Positions 1 through 9,250 of a stretch of DNA of 34,320 nucleotides are shown piece by piece. This stretch comes from a virus: positions 1-34,320 of IMG/VR virus record IMGVR_UViG_2788500300_000002. One strand, 5' to 3'. The translations under genes and the position numbers were made by a program. The notes beneath the pieces are model-generated. The model was not told where the DNA came from, made no database searches, and saw only the letters and a program-made list of their open reading frames with translations. The stretch's first letter is position 1; each line of letters opens with the position of its first letter.

Positions 1-729
1 TCAGGCTCTGGACATGGAGTGCGCTATGTGGTTCAGTTTCAATATGTCGTTGTATTTCCTGGAGGCGTATACTGCTCCCTGGTCTGTGTGAAGTATCGTC
101 TGCCATTCCTTTTCTTTATCTTTGTTCCTTATTAGTCCTTCCAGCCCGTTTATGTACGTCATTCTGTCGCCGCGTCTTGAAGACAGCGCGTGGCTTACTA
201 TCTCGTTGTTCCACAGGTCCATGTACAGTGTGAGCTCATAGTACGTGCCTTTGAAGCAGAACGCCGTCATGTCGCTCGCTATGTACTGCATCGGCGCGTA
301 TGCCGGCAGCCCGGCGAGGAGAAGGTTGGGGAACAGCCTATACGGATTGCCGGGCTTTTTATATCTGTAGCGTTTTGTTTTGCTTTTTATACCGGCGGCC
401 CTGCAGCATTTATGCGCGTAAGGATCGGAGTGGATTATCCCAGTGTCAAGGCGTATCTTCGCGTTGAGCCACCTGTATCCGTGCGATGGATATTTTTGAT
501 GATATTCCATAAATAGCATCACGCTTCCGGCAAAGTCTCTAGCCCTTCTGGAAGGCTCGAACACACTGCGTTTCCAGTAATAAAAGCTGCTTCTCGGAAT
601 TCCAGTAACATCGCATAGAATGGAGACGGGAAAATACTCGGAGAGTTCCAGTATTACTTGGTATTCGAGCTGTCTAAAAGAATATATTCCTTTGTTTGAC
701 CATCTCCTTTCACCTCGTAGCCTTTTTTT
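1..729 (-). pseudogene. IS3 transposase OrfB (DDE), reached by -1 frameshift, prematurely stopped
   Basis: Frame is open from the A7G site (KKRLRGERRWSNK...GIPRSSFYYWK...GYRWL...ASDMT...HTDQGAVY...HSMSRA) and ends in TGA at 1-3, before the catalytic Glu region. Confidence 0.75.
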
Positions 730-1019
730 AATCTTGCTTCCGCTACTCTGGCTTTGATCAGCTCAAGAATGAGTTCTTCTTTCGTCATGGACTCGTAGTC
801 CGAGATGTCGAGAGGACGCTCGGAAGAATCATGAACATAACAGCCTGTGTTATTTCCTGAAGACTTCGGCGGAAGGCTGTTGGAATCGCGGTACATCCGC
901 ATGTAGTCCCTCGCCGTATCGTCGCTGATGCCGTAATCTTCAGCAGCTTCATAGCGTGTCATAATTCCTTCATCAACTTTTCGTCCTATTTCAAGACGTT
1001 CTTCCTTCGTGTATCGCAT
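654..1019 (-). CDS. IS3-family transposase OrfA (HTH)
   Basis: MRYTKEERLEI...EAAEDYGIS HTH-like N-terminus, leucine-rich segment ending RLKKG at the slippery site, AGGAGG RBS upstream. Confidence 0.85.
   Translation of the reverse strand: MRYTKEERLEIGRKVDEGIMTRYEAAEDYGISDDTARDYMRMYRDSNSLPPKSSGNNTGCYVHDSSERPLDISDYESMTKEELILELIKARVAEARLKKGYEVKGDGQTKEYILLDSSNTK
722..729 (-). promoter_or_regulatory. -1 programmed frameshift site AAAAAAAG
   Basis: Plus strand CTTTTTTT at 722-729; orfA reads TTA AAA AAA GGC and orfB reads ATT AAA AAA AGG. Confidence 0.8.
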
Positions 1020-1145
1020 TGCTGACCTCCTGTACTATAAGTACGGTACTTATGACCCAAGATATTATTGTCATGTACAAAAGCAATTATATCCCGGCTC
1101 TTTTCTACCCCCTCCGTGTACAGGATTAGTTTAGCAGTGCACGAG

Positions 1146-1180
1146 AAAAAAAAGGACTTTCGGAAAACTCCGAAAGTCCT
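1146..1180 (-). terminator. Intrinsic terminator downstream of the host tRNA-Val
   Basis: Perfect 11-bp stem AGGACTTTCGG/CCGAAAGTCCT followed by a U tract on the minus strand. Confidence 0.85.
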
Positions 1181-1190
1181 GTAATATCAA

Positions 1191-1239
1191 TGGTGGGCGA
1201 TATTGGGTTCGAACCAACGACTTCCACCGTGTGAAGGTG
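1191..1239 (-). tRNA. 3' half of tRNA-Val(CAC) = prophage att core (not a complete tRNA)
   Basis: Minus strand CACC-TTCACAC-GGTG anticodon arm, GTTCGAA T-loop, ...GCCCACCA end. D-arm and 5' acceptor strand are absent; integrase is adjacent. Confidence 0.85.
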
Positions 1240-1341
1240 TTCAATAGTAAAATCGCGTAATTCTACGAAAAGTTGAATTGCGCGATTTTATTGGTTATTA
1301 CTGGATTTATAGCGTTTTTTATTTCCTTGTGTTTTTTGCTA

Positions 1342-1384
1342 TGCTATAATTTTTTTAGAAAATTGGTAGACGAGCGGTAGACGA
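1342..1384 (+). promoter_or_regulatory. Integrase promoter (extended -10 TGCTATAAT) and tandem GGTAGACGA repeats (putative arm-type Int sites)
   Basis: TGCTATAAT at 1342-1350; GGTAGACGA at 1365-1373 and 1376-1384. Confidence 0.55.
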
Positions 1385-1403
1385 AAAACGGAGGAAATAA
1401 GAC

Positions 1404-2594
1404 GTGAAAATTAAGCTTACACAGAGTATGATCTCCTCAATTTCCAATCCTGAAAAGAGGACTGACTATCGGGACAGCGTCGTTCAGGGATTCGTCCTCA
1501 GGGTTGAGCCTTCGGGGCGGAAGTCGTGGTATCTCGATTATAAGTTTGAGGGGAAGCGAAAGTGGTGGTTTATCGGCCACGCTGAGTATGTTTCGCTCTC
1601 GGAGGCACGGCGCGAGGCGCAGGCTTTTCTTGGAATTCTTGCGAAAGGGAAGGACCCGCTCGCCGTTCCGGAGCCGGAGCTGACGTGCGGGCTGCTGCGC
1701 GAGAAGTATTATGCACCGTGGGTTATTGAGAACCGAAAGAGCGGAGAGGAGACGGTCAAGGGATTGAAGCGGTATTTTACGCGCTTCGACGACCGGCCGG
1801 CGGGAAGCCTTACGCTCGGAGATATGGAGCTGTGGCGGCGCGAGATGCGCGAGAAGCGGAAACTGAAGGCCGCCACGCTGAACCGCGCGGCGACTTATCT
1901 GACGGCTATGCTGAATTGGGCGGTGAAGCGCAAGCTGATTTCCGAGAATCCGCTGGAGGAGCTGGACCATCTGAAGGAGACGGATTCAAAGAAGAGCTGG
2001 CGTTTCCTGTCGAAAGATGAGATTTCCGTGCTGAAAGAGGCGCTGCGGGTGCGTGACGCGGCGGTGCGCGCTAAGGCGCAGCCGTGTATTTACGCAGAGC
2101 CGCTGGGCGGCACTTTTGCCGATCCGCTTGAGCCTATGGTTCTGGTGTCGCTGAATACCGGCGTGCGCTGGGGGACGCTCGTGACGCTGATGTGGCGGAA
2201 TATCGACCTCGTTCACGGCACTATGTATATCGAGGCTGGCGGCACGAAGTCGGAGACGGCGCAGACGCTGCCGCTGAACAGCGCGGCGCTCGATACGCTG
2301 AAGAAGTGGCGCGACGAGATGCCGGAGGCGGGGCCTGTATCGCTTGTGTTTCCCGCGCCGATGGGCGGAATGTTTTATAACGTGAATAAGGCGTGGTACA
2401 GGCTGCTGGCGGATTCCGGCCTGGGGCATCTGCGCTGGCACGACCTGCGGCATACGTTTGCTTCGCAGCTCGTAATCGCCGGCATCCCTCTGAATACGGT
2501 GCGCGAGCTGCTGGGGCATAAGAATATAAAGACGACGCTGAGATATGCGCATCTCGCGCCGCAGGGGCTGCGGGCGGCGGTGGAGTGTATTTGA
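1404..2594 (+). CDS. int: Tyrosine recombinase / phage integrase with arm-binding N-terminal domain
   Basis: RDSVVQGFVLRVEPSGRKSW N-domain; catalytic TGVR, HDLRHTFAS, LLGHKNIKTTLRYAH. Confidence 0.95.
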   Translation: MKIKLTQSMISSISNPEKRTDYRDSVVQGFVLRVEPSGRKSWYLDYKFEGKRKWWFIGHAEYVSLSEARREAQAFLGILAKGKDPLAVPEPELTCGLLREKYYAPWVIENRKSGEETVKGLKRYFTRFDDRPAGSLTLGDMELWRREMREKRKLKAATLNRAATYLTAMLNWAVKRKLISENPLEELDHLKETDSKKSWRFLSKDEISVLKEALRVRDAAVRAKAQPCIYAEPLGGTFADPLEPMVLVSLNTGVRWGTLVTLMWRNIDLVHGTMYIEAGGTKSETAQTLPLNSAALDTLKKWRDEMPEAGPVSLVFPAPMGGMFYNVNKAWYRLLADSGLGHLRWHDLRHTFASQLVIAGIPLNTVRELLGHKNIKTTLRYAHLAPQGLRAAVECI

Positions 2595-2595
2595 G

Positions 2596-4233
2596 TTATA
2601 GGTAGTCGTTTAAGTTAAGTGTCCCTGATACTAATTGATGTCTTGTGATTTTATAGTACCTTAAGATTTTATGGTATGCAAAAGAAGTACTCATTTCTCC
2701 TGAGAGGTACTTTAAGAGGCATTTTCGTTCATTGCGGTCGAGCGCATGCAGCTCACGACGCCATGCTTCCGTGAGACCACACTCTTCAAATAGTTTCCTG
2801 TACTTTATAAATTCATTAGGCATAGTCAATATCTCATGGAACTCTTTAATATCTTTGCCATACGCGCGCATGAAGAAATCCTTTTCACGGGCGATTACTC
2901 CCTTCGTGACATTGAGAATTACGTTCATAGCACTAAGATATTTTTTATTCCAATGCTTTCCAATAAAACTTCTGTCTGTCATATTTATCGGAGCTAGTTT
3001 CATCGGGAATGAAAATGCATGCAGGCCCTCATAACTGTTGTATAGTCTTACATTTCTACATGCGCGATTCCAAAAATCTCCAGGTGTCTCATTGAAATTA
3101 AACAACATGTAGTTTGAAAAATGTCTGACACCGTACCTATATGCGATGTCGAAAGCACGTATATAATCTTTTGTACACTTCGAAGAGTCATACGCCAATC
3201 TGAACGGACGAAGAGGAAGGACAGAAAGGATCTTCATCTTCTCTTCGGTTAGAAGCCTAGCGTCGATTCCCTGATTAAAATCTACATAACGCTGCATCTT
3301 CTTCTTAGAACGATAACGTTCAACTACATCTATGATGAAGCTTTTATTCTCCAGCAATGTCTGTGTCCGAACGCCAGATTGCATGAGAGGAATCATACTG
3401 CTTAGGCGATTTGATATTTCCTGATTTTTTATACGCGTTATGAATTTCAGGAAGTATTCCACAAAATTATCTACGAGAATAATAATGCTGGCCTTAGTTT
3501 CAAGCCTCGTCTCTAACTTGCGAAAAAATATTTTTGCAGGATTGTCCGGAATAAACGTTGGCTTATCTTTTATGAAACCTAAATCGACGAGAGTGTCGCA
3601 AATCTCTTTCAGCTTTGTATTAGGAGCAACAAGTATATTGTTATCCATCAGCAGGATGTTTCTCTTATCGCCGTATAGCCTGCGTTCTTCGGTAATCTGT
3701 TCTTTCAGATTATTGGTGTATTTAAATTCAGGCTCAAGTATCGAAACAGCACAAAAACTGCATCTGCGTGGACAGCCTCTTGTTGTATAAGTAATAAAGT
3801 TATCCGCCGCAGGGTATTTATACCTAACATCGTCCAGTATATCGTAGTCTATCGGTAACTCATCGATATTTACATTGTCGTCATAGCCAAGCATTAACGA
3901 AGAAGTCAACTGCCGCGGAATTACATGAGACCGGCCGACTTCGGCCTGCAGCTTATCATGCATTATTGTCGCAAGTATTCCCCCTATATAGATAGTCTGT
4001 TCCGGTAAGAAATTCTGGTAGTGCCGGATGGTATCAATAAGAATGTCGTAATAGAAAGTAAAAAGCGAAGTTATATATACCCTGTCTGATTTTATAACAG
4101 TAGGATACGGGGCTTTGCCTTTATAGAATACAACATTATCCCCCCGTCGCTTATGATATGTGGCTATTTTCATAAGGCCGATAGGGGGATATTTGTTTTT
4201 GTAATCAGGTTCTACTAATAGTATATTTGCCAA
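2596..4233 (-). CDS. B12-binding-type radical SAM protein
   Basis: N-terminal ILLVEP...YPPIGLMKIATY; CxxxCxxC motif TTRGCPRRCSFC; LMDNNIL; DFNQGIDARL; TTG start with GAGGAA RBS. Confidence 0.85.
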   Translation of the reverse strand: MANILLVEPDYKNKYPPIGLMKIATYHKRRGDNVVFYKGKAPYPTVIKSDRVYITSLFTFYYDILIDTIRHYQNFLPEQTIYIGGILATIMHDKLQAEVGRSHVIPRQLTSSLMLGYDDNVNIDELPIDYDILDDVRYKYPAADNFITYTTRGCPRRCSFCAVSILEPEFKYTNNLKEQITEERRLYGDKRNILLMDNNILVAPNTKLKEICDTLVDLGFIKDKPTFIPDNPAKIFFRKLETRLETKASIIILVDNFVEYFLKFITRIKNQEISNRLSSMIPLMQSGVRTQTLLENKSFIIDVVERYRSKKKMQRYVDFNQGIDARLLTEEKMKILSVLPLRPFRLAYDSSKCTKDYIRAFDIAYRYGVRHFSNYMLFNFNETPGDFWNRACRNVRLYNSYEGLHAFSFPMKLAPINMTDRSFIGKHWNKKYLSAMNVILNVTKGVIAREKDFFMRAYGKDIKEFHEILTMPNEFIKYRKLFEECGLTEAWRRELHALDRNERKCLLKYLSGEMSTSFAYHKILRYYKITRHQLVSGTLNLNDYL

Positions 4234-4234
4234 A

Positions 4235-5734
4235 CTATTCCTCTTTGTCGTAGTACTGTTTTATATATGCTCTCATTTTTATAAAGAACTCATATTTATT
4301 TTCTTTCTCACAAAACGACTTAATGATCGCTATTAACTCATCATATATTTTTTGCTTTGTCTTCGATTGAAGCGGCATATCTATCGCAGAGAATTCCGCT
4401 TCAATATCGTTATCGTTTTCTGCATTTTTTAAAGACCTTGGTTTCTGAATCTCTCTCTTGCAGAATTCAAAAACTTCTTCTTCACTTGGCGAAACAGATA
4501 ATTTCATATATGCTTCGCGCAGATTCTCTTCTTTCATTTTATCAGATTTTGATGTAGAATGGCTATTAAAATATCTTGATGATGCATATCTATATCTAAA
4601 TAATTTCTCCATGAAATCTATAAGCGTATACTTTAGTTGTCTTGAGCTTTTGTCTGGCTTAAACCAGTCGCGTCTAGCGTTATCAACTAATACGTTGCTG
4701 TCTAACAGCAATTCTCCATAAACACCTCTAAGTGTTTGGACTAATTCTCTGTGAGTTGAAATGAATGTACTACTGGAAGATGATATATTGGCTAGTGTAT
4801 CGTTGTTACCCATAAGCACATTTTTTGATCTGACAAGAATTCCATATAAGTTATCGTTTTTTCTTGCTGATAATTTCTGGTCGAAGGTAAACCATAAAAG
4901 GCCAATTGGACCGATGTCTTCCGTTTGACTATTGACAATGCCATTTATAGTCCAGAATTTTATACCTGAAGCTAAAATGTTATCTTCGCAATATTCTTTT
5001 TCTAACTTTTCGCCATTCAAGAACACGGGACAGAAATATTTAGATAAAGGACTTCCCATTATTTTCTCGTACTCATCTTCTATTTGAGTATGTGATTTAA
5101 ATGTCTTTGAATATTTTATCGGGAGTAGCAATGATATATTGTGCTTAAAGTTTATATTGTTGATGGTTTCATCTATCTCTTCATTATAATCATGTAAAGT
5201 TACCTGGAAGAAATGGTCATTTAGATTTCCTTTATATTCGTATGATGAAATTTTTGCTATTTGGCTAATTACTTGATTCACAGTTTGATTACTGTCTTTT
5301 GCTATTTTCGTTTCCAAGATGCTACGATACATGTCTCCGTCCCACTCACATGTATCCACGTGCTGTTTCCCTGCAACTTTATTTTCAAATGTTAACCGAG
5401 AACAAAAAAGAAGGCCAGATAAACGTCCTATACCTCTAAACCCGATATTACCTTTTGATCCTAGTTTATCTGAATCTCCTAGTCTTAGCATTATTGTGCT
5501 GAAATTATCTTTTATTCCGTATCCGTTATCTTTTATTACTATATCCTTGTTTTTCTGGTCTATGTCTATGTTTACACAAAAACCATCAAACTTAAGAGAT
5601 GTGTCTTCTGTTGCAATATTGAATGCATCGAGTGAATTTTGTACGTACTCTCTAAAGATAATAATGGGATCTTCGTATAACGAAGATGTTAATGTCTCTA
5701 ATACATCGCGACCTATGAGGATTTCCTGCTGCAT
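4235..5734 (-). CDS. GHKL (Hsp90/MORC-like) ATPase
   Basis: GHKL motifs REYVQNSLDA, KDNGYGI, GFRGIGRLSG; MORC-like S5 region GELLLDSNVLVDNARRDWF. Confidence 0.85.
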   Translation of the reverse strand: MQQEILIGRDVLETLTSSLYEDPIIIFREYVQNSLDAFNIATEDTSLKFDGFCVNIDIDQKNKDIVIKDNGYGIKDNFSTIMLRLGDSDKLGSKGNIGFRGIGRLSGLLFCSRLTFENKVAGKQHVDTCEWDGDMYRSILETKIAKDSNQTVNQVISQIAKISSYEYKGNLNDHFFQVTLHDYNEEIDETINNINFKHNISLLLPIKYSKTFKSHTQIEDEYEKIMGSPLSKYFCPVFLNGEKLEKEYCEDNILASGIKFWTINGIVNSQTEDIGPIGLLWFTFDQKLSARKNDNLYGILVRSKNVLMGNNDTLANISSSSSTFISTHRELVQTLRGVYGELLLDSNVLVDNARRDWFKPDKSSRQLKYTLIDFMEKLFRYRYASSRYFNSHSTSKSDKMKEENLREAYMKLSVSPSEEEVFEFCKREIQKPRSLKNAENDNDIEAEFSAIDMPLQSKTKQKIYDELIAIIKSFCEKENKYEFFIKMRAYIKQYYDKEE

Positions 5735-5737
5735 CTT

Positions 5738-6499
5738 CTATTTGACTCCTTTTTCAATCAAATAATTTTTTGTCCACACGTATTTAGAACGAACATGCAT
5801 ATTTTTCTTATAGTTTTTTATTTCTGTATTTAGATAATGTAAAGTACCTGTCTCATAAAATAATTGACGGATGTCATCGGCATAGACTTTTTCTTCTAAG
5901 GCATAGCATTGTATAAAATCTATTGATTGTTCCCCATCAATAGACGAAAAAAGAAGTTGGGACTTATCTACTTTAGAATCGTCCAGCAACTTGAGTACGG
6001 ATTCACCTAAGACTATTCTTGGAAACACAACGTCGTGTTCTTGATGCAAATATGCTTCTATATATGCAGGTCCTATGATTTGTTTCCCTTCATCTTCGAC
6101 TGTGACATCTCCATACTCAATAGCGCCTCTCAGTAAATTGTGGCATTCCGTTAATACCCTAAATTGAAATCGTGCTAAACGTTTGATTAGTGCCTTAATC
6201 TCGTATGCGGGGCATATGCATATAAATGAATCAGATATGTAAAGTCTTGTCACATTCTTGATCCGCTGTGTTTCGTCAAGAAAAATATCTTTGATTTGCT
6301 CCATTTTTTGAATAAAGCTACTGACATCTTTATTATGTATACTGTCATATATCTGTTTCTTGATTCCTAGTAGATCTATATAGACAGCAATAGCAGGCTT
6401 AAAAGAGTATAACGGAGTCTCCTCTCGTGATTCTGCCGGTTTTTCTTTGATAAACTGGGCAAATTCTTTATTCAGATCTGTCAGATCGCCTGTTGCCAT
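5738..6499 (-). CDS. Class III nucleotide-cyclase-like protein
   Basis: VYIDLLG...ISDSFI...LRGAIEYGDV...IIGPAYIEAY...FPRIVL pattern of the adenylate/guanylate cyclase fold, with two putative metal-binding Asp. Confidence 0.6.
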   Translation of the reverse strand: MATGDLTDLNKEFAQFIKEKPAESREETPLYSFKPAIAVYIDLLGIKKQIYDSIHNKDVSSFIQKMEQIKDIFLDETQRIKNVTRLYISDSFICICPAYEIKALIKRLARFQFRVLTECHNLLRGAIEYGDVTVEDEGKQIIGPAYIEAYLHQEHDVVFPRIVLGESVLKLLDDSKVDKSQLLFSSIDGEQSIDFIQCYALEEKVYADDIRQLFYETGTLHYLNTEIKNYKKNMHVRSKYVWTKNYLIEKGVK

Positions 6500-6623
6500 G
6501 TATTCTCCCTCATTGTCGAATTATTTTTTTATGTAACATTGTTTTTTTATTGTTGAATTTAAAAACATCTTCATTATACCTAAGTCGAACGGGAGGTGGT
6601 AGATTTTCTCGCCGCTCAGTCTG

Positions 6624-7682
6624 TTACAATACTTTCATCTTAGACATTTTTCTTATAACAAACGTCCTCTCTTCGTTGCGCAGGTAGCAGAAGGCGCGGA
6701 CGGCGGCAGCTCCGTGGGGCGTTTTTACGTAGCGGAGAGGTTTCGCTGTTCTTCTTGTGTAGTTGCCTTTTGTGTCTTTGTAGGTAAATTCGATGTTTCT
6801 GTCTCTGTTTATCGCGTCGTCGATTTTTGTTCGGTTTTTGCCTTTGCGTATGTCTATGTCTTTTGCAAGGAGCCCGTTATGTACTTCGTTATGGCAGTCT
6901 TCGCAAAGGCATATCAGGTTGTCGAGCCTGTTGCTGCCTCCGGCAGAGAGTTCTTTTATGTGATGTACGTGGAGAGGTTTGCCGTCTTCTCCGCAACTTT
7001 CGCATTCGTGATCAGCGCTCTCTAAAATTATGCGTCTGCGGCTTTCCCAATCGTCGGGATATGTCGGCCAGTAGTCATTGACCATCATAATGCGTTCAAA
7101 GAGCGCTTCGTCTTCTGCTTTAACATCAGGGAAGATTTCGTTAGGAGTCAACGACCTTACTTTTTTGCACATGGCCTCATAGCACGTTTTATGGACGTGC
7201 GCGCCGTTTGTGAGTGTGACGCGGCTGTCGTCAGGCACGGTCGGTTTGCGGCAGAGCACGCAGTTGTTTGGGCTGAGGATGAGGTCCCGTTCAAGTTCTC
7301 TGCTTACGTGGTCAAAGAGAGATATGAGCGATAAGTATGGGTCGAATACTGGCTCTGTTAAAGGTTGCCGTGCAATTTTTTCGCCCTTTGCCCTTATTTC
7401 GTCGATGGTCGGGTAAGAGGCAGCCGGTGCTTTACGAACTGTTGCGCTCTCTTTTCGCGTATCAACGAGCTCCGGTACATTGTGCGAACGGCGCTGTTCT
7501 GTCCTCTTGGGGATGCCGCCTTCGGTAAGAACGTCTTCTGGTCTTGCCGTGGAATGAGCTGCATTTTCACGTCGTCTGCGTTCTTCTTTTTCTTCAGCTT
7601 TTTTGGTAGGTTCAAAAATACATTCAATAATAACGAACAAAGCCACAAAAAACACAATTGTAAGAATGATATTCAACACCAT
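6624..7682 (-). CDS. Membrane-anchored HNH endonuclease with C-terminal WYL domain
   Basis: N-terminal hydrophobic helix; CVLC...HKTC Zn site; HNH CESCG...LHVHHIKELSAGGSNRLDNLICLCEDCHNEVH; WYL IEFTYKDTKGNYTRR...AFCYLRNEERTF. Confidence 0.75.
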   Translation of the reverse strand: MVLNIILTIVFFVALFVIIECIFEPTKKAEEKEERRRRENAAHSTARPEDVLTEGGIPKRTEQRRSHNVPELVDTRKESATVRKAPAASYPTIDEIRAKGEKIARQPLTEPVFDPYLSLISLFDHVSRELERDLILSPNNCVLCRKPTVPDDSRVTLTNGAHVHKTCYEAMCKKVRSLTPNEIFPDVKAEDEALFERIMMVNDYWPTYPDDWESRRRIILESADHECESCGEDGKPLHVHHIKELSAGGSNRLDNLICLCEDCHNEVHNGLLAKDIDIRKGKNRTKIDDAINRDRNIEFTYKDTKGNYTRRTAKPLRYVKTPHGAAAVRAFCYLRNEERTFVIRKMSKMKVL

Positions 7683-7776
7683 ATTGTTTATGTCTCCTAT
7701 TTAAATGTTATGCACTCATTTCGTTCGTTTTTACGAACCTATAGTAGTGTTGCTTATTTTGTTGGAAACAAGTAAA

Positions 7777-8331
7777 TTATGCTGTCTTCTCGTCCGTTTT
7801 TTTGTTGTCTTCTATAATGAGAATTGCCAGTGTTTCGTGCAGTGCCTGCGCAATTATCTCACGTTTGGTTTTGTCGTATAGGTGGGCTTCGGTTTTCACT
7901 TTGTCGCGAAGCAATAGCGCTATCGTGTCGGTTCCCAGAGTTAATATTGTGCTTTGAGGATCTACGGCTTTCATGTTTTGAGAGTTGGATTCGTCATATT
8001 CCAGCAATTGTTTCCTATCGGTTTTTCTGTCGTATGTGGTCGCCCCTGCTCTGATAAAAGGATTCGTTACACCGCTGCCTTGGTGTTTTTCTTTCGGAAG
8101 ACCTAAGCCTAGTAACTGTATTTCGACCTCAGGCTCATCGCTTTCTCCCATGAGGTACGCAACGCTTGTATGCAGAAACTGAGCTAACTTCAGCTTTGTT
8201 TCATCGTCTGGCTCATTTATGTTATTCTTCCAACGCGATAAAGTTGCACTTGATATATTAAGTCCTTCAAGTAAATCTTTAGTTTTTATCTGTATTTCTT
8301 TCTGTCGTTTGGTTATGCGCTCGCCTTTCAT
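7777..8331 (-). CDS. CI-like XRE repressor
   Basis: HTH ISSATLSRWKNNINEPD...LAQFLHTSVAYLMG; divergent from the cro-like gene. Confidence 0.85.
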   Translation of the reverse strand: MKGERITKRQKEIQIKTKDLLEGLNISSATLSRWKNNINEPDDETKLKLAQFLHTSVAYLMGESDEPEVEIQLLGLGLPKEKHQGSGVTNPFIRAGATTYDRKTDRKQLLEYDESNSQNMKAVDPQSTILTLGTDTIALLLRDKVKTEAHLYDKTKREIIAQALHETLAILIIEDNKKTDEKTA

Positions 8332-8341
8332 ATTTATAGCA

Positions 8342-8452
8342 TACGCAAAACGTAATATTCATACAAGCTCGTATTGTGTAACTTTAATGTTACGTAGTGT
8401 GTATGTATGAGCATATAGGCCCATTGAAATACTACGCAATGCGTAATATTAT
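8342..8452. promoter_or_regulatory. Lysis/lysogeny switch: operator repeats (consensus TACGCAnTGCGTA) and rightward promoter
   Basis: Imperfect palindromes at 8342-8354, 8368-8380, 8391-8403 and 8433-8445; the last lies in the 17-bp spacer of TTGAAA(8424)-TATTAT(8447). Confidence 0.7.
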
Positions 8453-8464
8453 TACTTCACGGAG

Positions 8465-8740
8465 GTGATTGAGTTGAATTTAGACAAGATAATGAGAGAG
8501 AAGAATATTACCAATGTTGTAATAGCAGAAAGATTTCACACGACACCGGCATCTGTGTCACGTTGGCGTAACAATGTAAGTAGCCCGGATAATGGTATTC
8601 TTCCAGATTTATGTGATTTTTTAGGATGCACCCTCGATGAACTGCTCCGTGACGAAAACCCTCAGATTCCCCGGAAGGTGGCGAGGAAACGTGTTCCGCG
8701 GGGGTCCGGGGGAAGGCAGGCGCAGAGCGTCCGGCTGTAA
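8465..8740 (+). CDS. Cro-like XRE regulator
   Basis: HTH TTPASVSRWRNNVSSPD...LCDFLGCTLDELL; GGAGG RBS. Confidence 0.8.
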   Translation: MIELNLDKIMREKNITNVVIAERFHTTPASVSRWRNNVSSPDNGILPDLCDFLGCTLDELLRDENPQIPRKVARKRVPRGSGGRQAQSVRL

Positions 8741-8778
8741 GGCTGGAGTTAGTCATTCGTCTGGAAGGAGCGAAGGGT

Positions 8779-8994
8779 ATGAATAATCTGCAATGTTCGA
8801 TGAACGTTCAAAACGAGATGAAGGTGCAGCTCGCCTTCGTGGACGGGCGGCCGCATGTGGAGTTTTGCGGCACAAGCCGCGAGGGTGCAAGCGAGGCGGA
8901 TATTTCCGAGCTTTTCGACAAGGCGAAGGGGGCTGCTATTGCGGCGCTTCGGTCCCTGGATGGGGGCGAAAATAAAAGCCCCTTACGGGGCTGA
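8779..8994 (+). CDS. Hypothetical early protein
   Basis: ORF with AAGGAG RBS in the early operon. Confidence 0.55.
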   Translation: MNNLQCSMNVQNEMKVQLAFVDGRPHVEFCGTSREGASEADISELFDKAKGAAIAALRSLDGGENKSPLRG

Positions 8995-9004
8995 GGTGAG
9001 GAAT

Positions 9005-9250
9005 GTGCAGAGAGCTTTCGCTTTTTTAATCGGAATACTTGCCGTGGCCGCGGGATATAGACTGGGCGGCTGGTTGTACGCATTTTCTACAGTGATCTGC
9101 TTTGTTATCGGTTTTTTGCGCGGTCGAGAGGACCGTCAATATAGAGAGAAGTCAATGTTTGGCTCCGGCTATGTATCCGGCGAGAGTGCCAAGGACCGAA
9201 ACGATGGTAAGAGCAATGTCACTCTTGGTAAGATGCATGGCCCAGAATAA
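9005..9250 (+). CDS. Small membrane protein
   Basis: GAGGTGAGG RBS, GTG start, two hydrophobic segments; 3' end overlaps the opposite-strand gene. Confidence 0.4.
   Translation: MQRAFAFLIGILAVAAGYRLGGWLYAFSTVICFVIGFLRGREDRQYREKSMFGSGYVSGESAKDRNDGKSNVTLGKMHGPE

Larger units (their letters stand above)
1..1141 (-). mobile_element. IS3-family insertion sequence (left part; probably defective)
   Basis: orfA/orfB pair with A7G frameshift motif. The minus-strand end reads TGCACTGCTAAACTAATCC from 1141, matching the 5'-TG terminus of IS3 elements. The other end is outside the window. Confidence 0.85.

Noticed and set aside
1191-1260. Complete functional tRNA-Val
   Set aside because: Only the anticodon arm through CCA is present; the D-arm and 5' strand are replaced by phage sequence
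2596-4233. Prokaryotic viperin or QueE-type enzyme
   Set aside because: Longer protein with an N-terminal B12-binding-like domain; the motif context differs from those families
5738-6499. Canonical Pycsar or CBASS system
   Set aside because: No adjacent cNMP-binding TM/TIR effector and no CD-NTase motifs; the neighbours are a GHKL ATPase and a radical SAM protein
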